64,000 nt of DNA from a virus. Below the pieces are notes generated by a model that did not search any database, was not told the DNA's origin, and saw only the letters and a list, made by a program, of their open reading frames with translations. The DNA is taken from positions 91,346-155,345 of IMG/VR virus record IMGVR_UViG_3300031455_000001; one strand, given 5' to 3'. Below, piece after piece: positions 48,476 to 60,913 of this stretch. The position numbers were made by a program, and so were the translations under genes. The stretch's first letter is position 1, and each line of letters opens with the position of its first letter.

Positions 48476-49480
48476 ATGTCTAAGAGAATAGAAAAAGTAG
48501 CAGATCATTTTTGGGACAACATAGTTAATGAGGATAATAGAGATTTTATAGAAAGCTTTCTAGAGCAACCTCATCTATCTCCAGATTCAGTTGGACAATA
48601 TAGATCAGCGTTGAAGATTTTTGCAAAGTGGATTTATGACAATACATATTCTGAAAATGAAGGCAGAGAAAAGCTAATAACTGAGCTGATTCCCAGAGAT
48701 GCTGGAAAATATCAAGCTTGGCTCAAAAAGAAGGGCTTAAGTTCTGGTTCGATAAGATTCAAGAGGTCAGCAGTTTCTAGTTTGTGTATTTACATAGAAG
48801 GAATGTATGACAAAGAATATCCCAACTTTAGAAACATATTTACTAAAGCAGTAAAACAAATAAAGAAGAGTCCTAAAAAAGAAAAGAATCCTTTAAATAG
48901 TAAAGAGTTGTCTCATCTTGCAGATGTTCTTGAAGAAAAAGGCGAATTGCAAAAACTGGCTTACTTATGGTTTACCTATATCACTGGTTGCAGACGAGAA
49001 GAGTCCAGACAGATAAGAGTAGAGATAGCTGGCTATGATCGTTATGTCAATAAGAAAGGCGATAAAAAAGAGTATTATCAAACTCACACAGTCAGAGCTA
49101 AAGGCGCTGGAGAAGAAGGTAAAATAAGAAGGTTTAATTTTGATCAGAGGGCTATGGATGCCATCACAGCTTGGGTTGAATATAGAAAGACACAAGTTGA
49201 AGACGATGATTGCGAGTTTTTGTTTGTCAGTAAGAGAGGTGGCAAATATCAACAAGTGTCAAAAAACACATTTAATTCATGGTGTCAGAAGTTTAGTGAG
49301 ATCTTAGAAGGAAGACCAGTTCATCCCCATTTAATAAGATCAACTAGAGCCACTATAGCAAAGGTGGAAGATGGAGTTAGTATTGAATCTATCCAAAAGA
49401 TGCTGGGTCACAATTCATCTGAAACTACGAAGATATACATTGTAAATGAAGATGATGACGATGATGACGATTTGTATTAA
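48476..49480 (+). CDS. Tyrosine recombinase within the tail operon
   Basis: Complete catalytic set: GCRREE, KG, HLIR, LGH, IY. Confidence 0.85.
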   Translation: MSKRIEKVADHFWDNIVNEDNRDFIESFLEQPHLSPDSVGQYRSALKIFAKWIYDNTYSENEGREKLITELIPRDAGKYQAWLKKKGLSSGSIRFKRSAVSSLCIYIEGMYDKEYPNFRNIFTKAVKQIKKSPKKEKNPLNSKELSHLADVLEEKGELQKLAYLWFTYITGCRREESRQIRVEIAGYDRYVNKKGDKKEYYQTHTVRAKGAGEEGKIRRFNFDQRAMDAITAWVEYRKTQVEDDDCEFLFVSKRGGKYQQVSKNTFNSWCQKFSEILEGRPVHPHLIRSTRATIAKVEDGVSIESIQKMLGHNSSETTKIYIVNEDDDDDDDLY

Positions 49481-49590
49481 GGCTAAGGATATTTCCTTAG
49501 TCTTTTCCTTATAGTCTATGAATCGGTTCGTAGTTTACAAGGAGAAAGCTAGGGTGAAAGAACCCTATTAGTAAAAGGGGTGTATAGATA

Positions 49591-52500
49591 TTGAGCAAAG
49601 GCAGTAATGATTTAAATCTTTTGTTAAAAGCGAAAGTTGTTAAAATTAAAGTTGAATTAGACGGCAAAGGAAGCAATCTTCCTACCCAAGTGAGGAATAT
49701 TTCTAGAAGTCTAATAAAACATCCTGTTAAATTAAAAGTTCAATTAGACGGCAAAATTGGAGATCTTAATAAGCAGGTGAAATTGATCACTAACACTCTT
49801 AATGCAAGCAAAGGTTTTAAACCTATAAAACTTGCAGTTCAGATAGATGTTGCTGGATCAGCAATGAATATCAAGAGTCAGCTTCAAGGTGTTTATAAAA
49901 CTGTAGAAGATTTTAATAGAAAATACGGTGTACAGCTTGACAAGATGCAAAGACAGACAGCGAAAGCTAGTACATTGGCTGTTGGTGCAACAAGTGGAAA
50001 AGTTCCTATGGATGCAGGTGTCGGGAACTTCAACAACATCAAACAATATGTTAATCAATTAAAAGAAGCAGAAAGAATTATGAAATCAAAATTACCAAAA
50101 GGTCAAAGTGGATTATTCAGTTCTTTTGAAATGAAAGATGCACAAGGTAATTTAAAAGGATTCATTGCAACATTAGAAAGAGCTAATGGTGTAGTTGATA
50201 AGGTTCGTTATAACTTCAACAAGGATAAGAACGCATTCCAAGTAATAGATAGAACGACAGCAAATAACACCGCAAAACTGATAGATCAACAACTGAGAAA
50301 ACTTCAAACATTAGAGCGTCAAATTGACACAACTGGAAGACAAGCAGGACAATTCAGAACAGAGTATAACAGGCTTATCACGGCAGGTGCAACTGGAAAC
50401 CTGAACGCCTCTGAGGTAGCTAATTTTAATAATAAGTTAAAAGAATCTATTTCAGTAACTAAGCAAAGAGAACAAGTTGTTAGATCTCTGACCAAAATGC
50501 TAAGAGAAACTCATCACGTAGAAGGTCTTCTAGGTCAAGACAACATCAAAGCAGTGAGAAATTTAGCTAGTAGAGCTACTTCGACCAATGAATTAGCAAG
50601 AGCGCAAGCAGAGCTAAACAGAATGGTTAAGATGCAAGATGCTAATAAAGATATGGGCAGAAGAGAAAAAGCTTTAAGAAAATTAAAAGAGACAATGATG
50701 GAGGTTTCCCGTGTAACTGGAATGGAAGCGTCAACCATTGAGGCTCGTTATGCTCAACTATCTAAAAGTGTAGGTGGCAACTTAGGAAAGATTACGCAGG
50801 AACTTAAGAAATATGAACGCATAGTTCAGAGAGTTTCAGATCAATCCAGAATAAGCAGTCTGCAAGGCGCAGAAGGCAGTATGGTTAATAGCAAAAATCA
50901 ATTCAGCAATAAGAAGATGAATAGTTTAATTGCTAGCGGCGATGTTAATGCGATGAGGCAATACCTCTCTGACACTCAGAAATTAGATATTGCGATGATG
51001 AGAGTAGGTAAAAATGCTAATGGAGTGACTAAGTTAACTGCTCAACTAGTAGGCACAGGGAAAACTGTCAAACAGGTTTCTTTTGAAGTAGATCGACTTA
51101 GTGGAAAACTTAGAAGACTTCCAGACTCGTTAGTTTTTAACCGCAATGCAAATCTTGGTGTTTTTGAACAATTAAAGATTGCGATGGCTCGTGTCCCTGT
51201 ATGGATGGCAGCTATGACAGCATTTTATGGGACTATTAACCTAATTAGAAACATGTCACGTGAGATATTAGAACTAGATAAATCTCTTACAAACTTGCGA
51301 AGAGTAGCAAGTGGAAATATAAACATCGACACAATGTTCTACGGTGCAATTGATCTATCTAAAGAACTTGGTAACAATATTCACGATGTTATGAAATCAG
51401 TAGAAGAATTGGCTCGTACTTTTGGTACTTTCAATGAAAGACAATTGTTAGACATTACTAAAACAGCTACATTGATGTCAAACGTATCTGATTTAAAAGC
51501 AGATGAAGCAACTCAAACATTAGTGGGAACAATGAATGCTTTCAATATTGAAGCATCTGAGTCAATTAGAATTGTAGACGCATTAAACGAGGTTAACATA
51601 TCAGCCTCCTTGTACAGTAATGTATATGTAAAATGGTGTATATCGGTGAAAATCCTATTTTGTAAATATAAATTATTAATCATATTTTTATATTGGGGAC
51701 AATACCGACAGAAACTCTTGAGATTCAAGAGGACTGCTAGAGACTGCCATCACCTGCCCTATTATTAAGTTAAGGGCAAAGGTACAGTCCGACCTTCCGA
51801 AATAACAACAAATGAAACGGAAGAGTTAAATAGAGATATTTAACCGCTATACATAAGTATAGTCAGTAACCTGATTTAAAGGTGAAAGTAACAGAGTGAG
51901 ATAATGACTACGCAATTTCTACTCAACAACTAGCAACAGGATTGAGGAAGTCAGCTTCAACAGCAAAAACTTTCGGTAGACATACATGCCGATTTGCATG
52001 GCGACATGCATTAGATAAATTTAGCCATATCGGTGAAAATCGCAGGGAAAAATAAGCGACAATACCGAGGAAAGATCGATTTAAAATGTGATAAGAACTA
52101 GGGATTGGTTCTTGCGCAGGGTTTTAGTAGACCAATATAGATAAGTCAAAAGAAAGATACTTAACTAAATGCGGACATACATTAATAAGCATTTGGGAGA
52201 AAGATATCTATAAAAATACAGAAAAACTACTAAACTCAATTTTAAATCGGAATCCGTCACGACTATGTTAATTGCAACAGTAATGTTGCAGTTCTACGCT
52301 AGACATCTTTAAATCCAATTTTCAATTAAAGATGAAGATAGAGTCTGAGCTACACACAATAACCTAGAGGTGTAGAGGTAGGCAGAAATGACCTACCCCT
52401 AACAATTTATACTTATTTGTTAGAGTAACAAAACTGGTGTCATTAGAAGAAAATGTCGGACATATTACTGCAATCGGTGCAGTTACTATGGAATCAGGAA

Positions 52501-55500
52501 ATATTATTGGTAATTCATTAAAAACAATATATTCTCGTATAACAACTTTGGATTCATCTAGAGAGGTTTTGCAAAGTGTTGGCGTTGAGATGGACAATAT
52601 GGACGGTAGTATTAGAGATGTAAGTGATATAATGAATGATCTAGGAGGAAAGTGGAGTTCTCTGTCAAATGAACAGCGACAAAATATCGCTGTTACAGTT
52701 GCAGGTAGATACCAGCTATCGAGATTTTTAGCTCTAATGAACAACTATGATATGTCTCTTGAGGCTACAAATACTGCTGTTCATTCACAAGGGTCTGCTC
52801 TTAGAGAGAATGCTGAATACCTAAAGTCTTTCGAATCACGAATTAACTCCCTTAAGAATGGATTTACAGAATTTTCACAAGCTGTAGGTAATGCAATTTT
52901 AAGTGATAGTATGATGTTGATAATCAACCTTCTTACTAATTTAGCTGAAGGCGCTGTTGCAGTAATACAGAAATTTGGAGTTCTTCCGGGTGTTCTTTTA
53001 GCCGTATTTGGAATAATGAACAAATTTGGAGTCTTCAACAAAATGAAAAACGACATGTTAGCATTTAATGCAGGACTAACTGTGTTTGCCTCTAATTATC
53101 GTAAAGCGTTGAGTGATAATGGAAATGTCGGAAGAGTAAATGCCATGCAAACCGCTTGGGGTGGAGTTACAAGATCAACAGAAGGAGCAACTAAAGCTAC
53201 TAAACTCTGGGCTACAACAGTCAAAGGTGCGATGGTATCTACTGGTGTAGGAGCCTTATTTGTAGGTCTTGGATTCGTTATTGAAAAAGTCGTAAAGAAA
53301 ATGGGAGATGCAAAGCGTAAAGCTGAAGAAGTTAAAGCGACTAATGAAAAAATGGTTACAAGCTTTAGATCTCACAGAGATGGAATGTCTGGACTTGTTT
53401 CACGCTACGAAGAACTTGCAACGAAACAAAAATTGACAACAGAAGAAACGCAAGAATTTAGCAATCTTCAAAAGCAGTTGGCAGAAGAAATACCAACAAC
53501 TGTAGAGTTTATTGACGCAAACGGTGAAGCTCATTTGAAGAATGTTGATGCGATTAAACAGGAAGTTAATCAAGTTAAAGAATTGTCTAAGGCAAATGCT
53601 GAACTTGAATTGATGCAGTTTAATGAAAAACTTGAAGAACAAGCAAAGTCATATGAGAAAATCACTGACAAAATCAAGAAGCTAAAAGATGAGAGAGTAG
53701 CGCTAGAGGAAAGTGACGGCAAAACGACTAAGTCCGATGCAGGCAAAAACACTAATATGAGTAATGTTGGCGTAGGTGGAATTGGAAGAGATATTGTCGT
53801 AGACAACACGCAAAAGATTCAAGAAAATAAAATCGCAACACTAATGGCAGAGTCTGAAAAGACAGATGCAATTCAAAAAACAATTGGTATGGTTAAAAAT
53901 CAAACAATGGCTTATTTTGAAGCCAATAACATGATGAGCAACCTTGGTGAACAACAAGTAAAAGTTATTGAGAACTTCTTGCAATACAATGAATCAATTA
54001 TTAGAAACGCAGATGACACAGTCCAAGCTGGTATTATGATGACTGAAATGGGTAAACAGGTTGGTACTGTTTTCTCAGATTCTACTGATATTCTTAGAGA
54101 TCGCTTAGGAGAAGGTTCAGATGCGTTCATGCAAGTGACAGAATCTATAGGTCATATGTCTAGAAACGTACCGAAATCATTCTTATCTCTTACAGATTCA
54201 CAAGGAAATGTAGTCAAATCAAATACAGATATTATAAACGGTTTAAAAGAGATGATTAACGTTTCGGTTAATCTAGCAGGTGCTGGAGCAGACAATACAC
54301 AAGGGTTTATTGATAGACTTGTAACGGTTGGTCTATCAGCAGATGAAGCTAAAAATCTTCTTTACAGAATGTCTGTTGAACAGCAAAATGTTGAGATACA
54401 ATCCGCTCTTACAGCCGAAGGTATTGATGGTCAAACGGAATCGATGGAGGATCTAAATGAGACTTTAATAGAAGCTATAGATCTTCAATCCAGCTTATTT
54501 GGATTTGGTGGCGGAGAGATTTCTGGTCTGAAGAGTCATATTCAAAACATGGAATTAATAATAGAGACTCATGGAGACGCTGGCAGATCAAGTCAGAGTT
54601 TTATAGAATCTCAAGTAGCTATAATGGATGCGCTTGGATTAACATCGGAAGAATTGGAAAAAAATAAATACAAAATATTTGATGTATTAGAGGTTCTAGA
54701 ACTTTTAGACTTAACATCTTACGATGTGCAAGACACATGGGAAGAGTTTATAAAGAAAAACGAAAACTTAACAGATTCTCAAAAAGAATTGTTACTTGGA
54801 TTCGATGGAACTGCAAGCATTATAACTGGAAAGCTTCATGAGATAAACGAAGGTCAAGATGGAATTGTAGAAGGTGCAAAGTTAGCTAAGGAAGATGTCG
54901 AAAACGTTTGGAACACAATCACTTTAGAACCTATTCGATGGACTCAGATCATGGGGAGTCATCTTGATGTAGGGTTAAGTATTGATCAAATCAGAGAGAA
55001 ACTTGGTTTGTTAGCTGATAAAATCAACACACCAACTGGAGATGTTTATCTAGATGGATTCTTAGAGAAATTCACTACAACAGATGGCAAGATAGACGAG
55101 ACAGAGGCTAACCTATTGTTGTTAAAGCAACTTATTGAGACACCAATTTACGCGAGTATTTTCGATCCTGTGAAAGATGAAGCAGACAAAACAAAAGAGT
55201 CGATTGGAAAAGCAGAGGAAGGCGTCAATACATTCCAAGGTGTCCTTAATACTCCTGTTAATGTATCATCATTCTTCAGCCCTATTCAATCAGGAATAGG
55301 TTTAGTTAACGATGATATCACAGCGTTGAGCGACAACTGGAAAACAACGGGCAACATTCTATCTACACCACTACCAGTGCCTATTCAGTCACCGTTCGAA
55401 GCTTTAAAAACAGACATGTTAAATAATAATAAAACTGCGGAAACTTCTATAACTGCTATTGGCAATGTGGTATCAGCAGGCGCGGGAGTAAATACAGTGA

Positions 55501-58500
55501 CTGGCGATTTGCAGATTATCTCATCAGAAGCTGATGTGACAGTACAAGCTGTTGATAAAGTTAAGTCTGCATTAGGCAATATCGGTGAGAATCTTGCTGT
55601 AGGAATTGTTACAGAGAAGTTTGGAGAAATAGGCAAACTTTCAGATGATACAAAAGCGAAGGTCGATCTTCTTAGAGACGCTATTGCTTTGATAAATGGA
55701 ATAGGTTTTGGTGGTATCAATAACTTCACTGAAGCACTTGGAAATTTGTCTCACAACTTAGCTTCAGTAAAAGATTATGCAACTGATACTGCTGACGCTC
55801 AAAAAGCTGTTATAGACGCTTTTAGAAGAGTGATGGATGAGACCGCTAAATACAACACATCTCTTGTAAACACTGGAACCAACACTACAAGTGCATGGGA
55901 TAGAATGACTGCCGCAATTGAAGCGTGTATTGCTAGAATCGTAGTGGCAATTGGTAAAAATAGTAAAGCCTTAGACATGATGAAAAAAGATTCAAGTGAT
56001 AGTACAAAAGCTATTGTTGCAGATTTCGACAAAGCTTCAAAACAAGTTGTTCAAAAAGTTGAAAATATGGCTGATAGAATGCGAAACGAATTTAGAGGCG
56101 GACTGAAAGATATAGTCGATCAGGCTGGTAATCTACCTAAGAGAATCGGCGATGCAATCAGTAGGAATATTACTGATGCTTCAAGCGCAATGGATGCTCT
56201 TGCAAAAACTATGGTTAGTCGATTTAAGTCTGAACTAGGTATAAGTGGATCTGGTGGCGGTATGGGCGGAGGCATCGGAGGTCAAGTTGCTAAAGGTCTT
56301 GTAGAAGGTCTTGGTGGAGGAGATATTCAAACAGTTGGTAGAAATGCTTTCAAAGGTTTTGCTGATGGCGCTTTCAACTCTACAGAAGCAATACAAGACT
56401 ATTTAAGGTATGGTCAAGACTTCGCTGGTGCAGGCACGGGAGTATTTGCAGGGATGGCTAGAACTTCTGGTTACGGAATGCGGAGCGATCCATTTACAGG
56501 TCAACAAAGAATGCATAATGGAGTAGATTATGCAGGATCTATCGGTACACCTATCTATGCTAGAACAGGAGGTAAGGTTGTATTCTCTGGATATGGTCAA
56601 AGTGGATCTGGTTATGGTGGATACGGGAACATTGTTGTAGTTCAAGACGGTAGTGGTCTTAACCATATGTATGCTCATAATAGTGCAAATCACGTTAGGC
56701 AAGGACAAACTATCTCACCGCGTCAAAGAATCGCAAGCATGGGTTCAACTGGTAATTCAACTGGATCTCATTTGCATTACGAAGTGAGAAGAAACGGCAG
56801 ATCTATATTCCCAGGATTTTACAATGGTGGTTTCATCAAGAAACGCATGATTGCAGAAGTCGGAGAAGAGGGTGCTGAAGCAATTATCCCATTAATTGCA
56901 AAACGTAGAGCAAGAGGATTGGATCTATGGGAAGAAACAGGAAGCAAACTTGGAATTGATCCAGAACTTATCGAATGGGTGAAAAACACCTCTAGTAAAA
57001 GTAGGAAATCTGGTGGAGTTGCAATGGATGGAGGTCACACTGGTCACGCCCACGCACTTAGTGGTATGGGCGGAGGAGAGAGTGGCGGTGGAGGAGACTC
57101 TGGATCTTCTGGAGTAATGAAACCTTCTGCACCAACATTTGTAGGATCGACAAACATGGATGGAAACTATGTAATGAGTACCCTTGCTCTTGCTGAAAAA
57201 GTTAAAATAAATCAAGAAGAGCGTAAGATGGCAATCTACGATGGAAACATAAGAATAAGAGAAACACAATTGCAAGCACTTACTAAGAACACATTAAAAT
57301 ATCGTGATGCTTTGAAAGGTATAATTTATTATGAAAACTTAAACTTGGCACTTGCTAAGAAAGATTTGGCACAAACCAAGAAGCGTAATTCATGGGTTAA
57401 TACTCGTATTCATCAACTTTCCAAGATAACTAAACACACTGAAAAACAAAGAGAAGAATATAACAAGCTTCAACAAGAATATGATCAAAACATCTCTAAG
57501 ATTAAAGGATTGGAAAACACAATTCAAGGCACAATGAACAGTGTGAGAGAGAGATCTCTTGAGATTTTTACAGACTTTATTAGTGAGATAACTTCAAATT
57601 ATGACAAGGCTTTAAAAGTTATTCAAGATAAGACGGATGATTTAGAGTTTAAGGTTGAGGTATTAGGTTATGTTCAACCAGAAAACAAAAAAGAATTACT
57701 TAACTTATTGAATCAGATTGCTCTTGAGGCTCAGAAGCAACAGGCTAATGAAGGCAAAAGAGTTTCAACATTAACAACTCAATATAACTCAGCAGTGAAA
57801 AAACATGGAAAAAACTCTAGTCAAGCTAAATTCGTTAAAGAAGAATTAGACAAGTCTAAGGAAGCTTACGAAGATTACACAATTGCAGTCCTACGTGCTG
57901 AAAAAGAGATTAAAGACACTAGAGCAGATGTTGCTGATCAAGCAATAAAAGAACTACGTGAATATTACTCCAACATGAAAACTATGGCATCAAATGCTAT
58001 AGACGCTGAAATCAATGAACTGAGAAAAGCTCATGACAAAAAGATGGGTCTATATGATGATGAAATTAAAAAGATCAATGACGTATATGACAAAAAATTA
58101 GATGGCATGAACAAAGAACGTGATGCGGAAAGCTATCAAGAAGACCTAAACGAGAAGAATGATAAAAAATCTGACCTAGTAAATAAAATCGCTCTATTAT
58201 CCAAAGATAACACAACGGCAGGTAGAAAACGTTTAGCAGAAGCTGAGAAAGAATTAGCTGAACTAGACAAGGAGATAAGAGAGTTTACAAAATCTCGTCA
58301 AGATGAGTTGCTTCGCCAAGCAATTGAGGATCAGAAGAATGCTCAAATTGAAGAAATCAATAACAAAAAAGAGACTGAGACAGAAAAGTTAGATATTCAT
58401 GTCGAAGGTCTTGAGTCAGAGAAAGAAGCTATCAACAAGCAATATGATGATATCTTGAATAATGATAAGTATTGGGCTGAAATGCGTAATACCGCCATTA

Positions 58501-59540
58501 AAGGTAGCTTTACTCAAATCAAGAACGAACTTGCTATAATGCAAGGTGATTTGAATAACATGAATAAAGGAATTTTTGATGGCTTAACTCAGAGTTTTGC
58601 GAACTTCACAGATGAAGCTAAAAGACAGATTGCAGAAATGAACGCATTGTCAATTGACAATATGATTTATAATTCAGCAGATCCAACGAAGGCTGTCGAT
58701 AGTGCTTGGCAATCTGGTCAATATAAAATGACTGATGGTAAATCAACTGCAAAACCACCTACTGTAACAGTTCCGAAAAATGAAACAACACCAAAACCAA
58801 AAGCAACTCCTGCACCAAAACCAGCTCCAAAACCAGCTCCAAAACCTGCAACAGCCGCGACAGAGTATTATACCATTAAAAAGGGTGATACTTTTGGTCA
58901 CATCGAACAAAGATACAAGCTTCCAAGTGGATCTTTGCAAAAATTAAACCCAAGTCTCGATCCTAAGAAATTACAGATCGGACAGAGAATCGTACTACGC
59001 AAAGCTTCTTCAACAAGTTCTGGAGGAAGCTCTTCTAGTGGTTCTGCTAACAGAAAAACAACAAGCGCACTTAATTTTAGAAGTAGTCCTGCATATGGAA
59101 ATAACATAATCACAAGTATCCCTAAAGATGCTAAGGTGGAATATGTTGGCATGGAAAAGGGTTGGGCTAAAATTAAGTACAACAACAAAACAGGATATGT
59201 TGGAGCCGATTATCTGAAGAAATTCGATACGGGTGGCTATACTGGCAACTGGACTGGCAATGAAGGTAAAGTTGCAATGCTACATAAGAAAGAGCAGGTC
59301 TTCAATAGAGACGACACTAAGAATCTTCTTGATGCAAGTAAATTGCTAAGGAGCATGAAGGATGTACTTCCTATTCTTAATAGAGAAACTATCTCTAAGA
59401 AGATGGCAACAGCTAACACTATAACAACAAACGTAACTTATGGAGACATTAACGTTACTGTTCATGGCGGAGATAAAAAGAAAACAAAAGATCTAGCAAC
59501 AGAGATCGTAAAGAAAATTCAGCAAAAAGGAAAGGCTTAA
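49591..59540 (+). CDS. Tape measure protein; exons 49591-51593, 51899-51977 and 52437-59540 (~3061 aa), with M23, LysM and SH3b domains
   Basis: Splicing restores DALNEVDNDYAIST...AKTFGVSLEE; HNGVD/HLH, YTIKKGDT...LQIGQRI, LNFRSSP...GWAKI. Confidence 0.9.
51594..51898 (+). mobile_element. Group I intron 1 in the tape measure gene
   Basis: P1 GAGGT/GCCTC with U-G; TATCGGTGAA/AATACCGA, AGAGACTG/ACAGTC core; terminal G; reading frame restored. Confidence 0.9.
51978..52436 (+). mobile_element. Group I intron 2 in the tape measure gene, with an endonuclease remnant
   Basis: P1 TCGGT/GCCGA; TATCGGTGAA/AATACCGAG, CGACTA/AAGATAGAGTC core; terminal G; reading frame restored. Confidence 0.9.
52131..52271 (+). 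pseudogene. C-terminal remnant of a Vsr-like intron homing endonuclease
   Basis: DKSKERYLTKCGHTLISIWEKDI, with no start codon or N-terminal part. Confidence 0.6.
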
Positions 59541-59574
59541 TCGCCTTTTCTTTTTTATTTAAGGAGAGAAAGAG

Positions 59575-60357
59575 ATGCCGACAATCAAGGAGAAATTGTA
59601 TTTTAACTTCGATGGAGTCTCATGTAGAAATTTTGGTTTAATGCATGTTAACTTGGACAGTGGAATGTTTGAAGAGCAAATTCATGCAAGCAGAGAGATA
59701 AATGAAACAGCTATAAAAGGCAGTGACACGCCTCTCTTTCACAGTGTTGAAGAGTCACCTTTAGGCATTGAATTAGCATTAGCTTTTACAAGAAAATTTA
59801 CAGATAAAGAACTGGAAGATGTGATTCTGTGGCTTTTCCAAGAATCTTATAAACCTTTATTTTTTGAAGATAAACCAGACAGGATATTTCATTGCCTCGC
59901 GATAGGAGATCCTAAACTATTCCACAATGGTCTAAAAGATGGATATGTAACTATCCAAATGAGATGTAAATCATCAAAGATCGTATCTCCAATGATAGTA
60001 AGCCCTCTTTATGATTTATCAACCAATCAAGGTAAGCACAGGGTAAACATCTCTAACAGTGGTCATGTAGAGATCTATCCAGAAATATCAATTGAAAAAA
60101 TTGGTGCAGGCAATATAACTTTTACCAATGTGTCAAATGGTAATAAGATTTTTGAAATACGTGATCTGACTAATTTAGAGAAAATATACGTTAACTGTGA
60201 AAAAGAGATCATTCAGTCAGATGCAATTGGAGTTTATCGATATGACAAAGTAATCGGTGAATATCTTAATATGATGCTCAAACGCGGCGTCAATAATATC
60301 GACATAGAGGGAAGAGCAAAAATAACATTTAGATATATATATAAGTACAAATTCTAA
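59575..60357 (+). CDS. Distal tail protein (Dit)
   Basis: Position after the tape measure gene; F.FDG.S..FG N-terminus, L.FED.PDR, L.RGVN.I. Confidence 0.8.
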   Translation: MPTIKEKLYFNFDGVSCRNFGLMHVNLDSGMFEEQIHASREINETAIKGSDTPLFHSVEESPLGIELALAFTRKFTDKELEDVILWLFQESYKPLFFEDKPDRIFHCLAIGDPKLFHNGLKDGYVTIQMRCKSSKIVSPMIVSPLYDLSTNQGKHRVNISNSGHVEIYPEISIEKIGAGNITFTNVSNGNKIFEIRDLTNLEKIYVNCEKEIIQSDAIGVYRYDKVIGEYLNMMLKRGVNNIDIEGRAKITFRYIYKYKF

Positions 60358-60365
60358 TGGTGAAT

Positions 60366-60394
60366 TTGACAAATATGCAAAATAATGGTATAAT
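60366..60394 (+). promoter_or_regulatory. Internal sigma-A promoter, probably giving a leaderless mRNA
   Basis: TTGACA-17-TATAAT ends 7 nt before the GTG start; no RBS. Confidence 0.7.
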
Positions 60395-60400
60395 GAAAGA

Positions 60401-60910
60401 GTGAGTAAATTGATAGGTAGTGTAGTGTTTTTTCTGAAAACAGATACTTTTATGTCTAAACTCATATCAAGAATTACAAATAGCGAATACAGTCATGTTG
60501 GTATCATAGTTGGATACAATGAAGAAACACAGGTTGCCACTGTTATAGAATCTGACAGATTCGTTGAAACTAGAGTAAATAGCATAGTGTTGTCAGATGA
60601 TTTACATGTTGTTTTCTCTGTAGGAGATATGACGGACGAAACAAGAGATAACGTTGTAGAATATGCTTTCCGTTCTGTTGGTAAAAAATACGACTATTTT
60701 CAAATAATAGGTCTATTTTTTTCGCTCTTATTTAAAAGGAATAGATTCGCTTATTTTAACAGTGCAAACAAGCTGATTTGTTCAGAGCTAATAGATATGG
60801 CATATTTGTCATCGGGAGTGACGAGAAGACATAGTAAAAATATTGGGAATATAACTCCTCAAGAATTGTTGGAGTTATATGATTTTACTATGATTAAAAA
60901 GGGCGTGTAG
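60401..60910 (+). CDS. Permuted papain-like amidase (YaeF/YiiX, NlpC/P60 superfamily)
   Basis: YSHVGI, GKKYD, CSELI, ITPQEL. Confidence 0.85.
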   Translation: MSKLIGSVVFFLKTDTFMSKLISRITNSEYSHVGIIVGYNEETQVATVIESDRFVETRVNSIVLSDDLHVVFSVGDMTDETRDNVVEYAFRSVGKKYDYFQIIGLFFSLLFKRNRFAYFNSANKLICSELIDMAYLSSGVTRRHSKNIGNITPQELLELYDFTMIKKGV

Positions 60911-60913
60911 TAT

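Noticed and set aside
51594-51768. C-terminal extension of the 725-aa ORF as genuine protein
   Set aside because: It is read-through into group I intron 1
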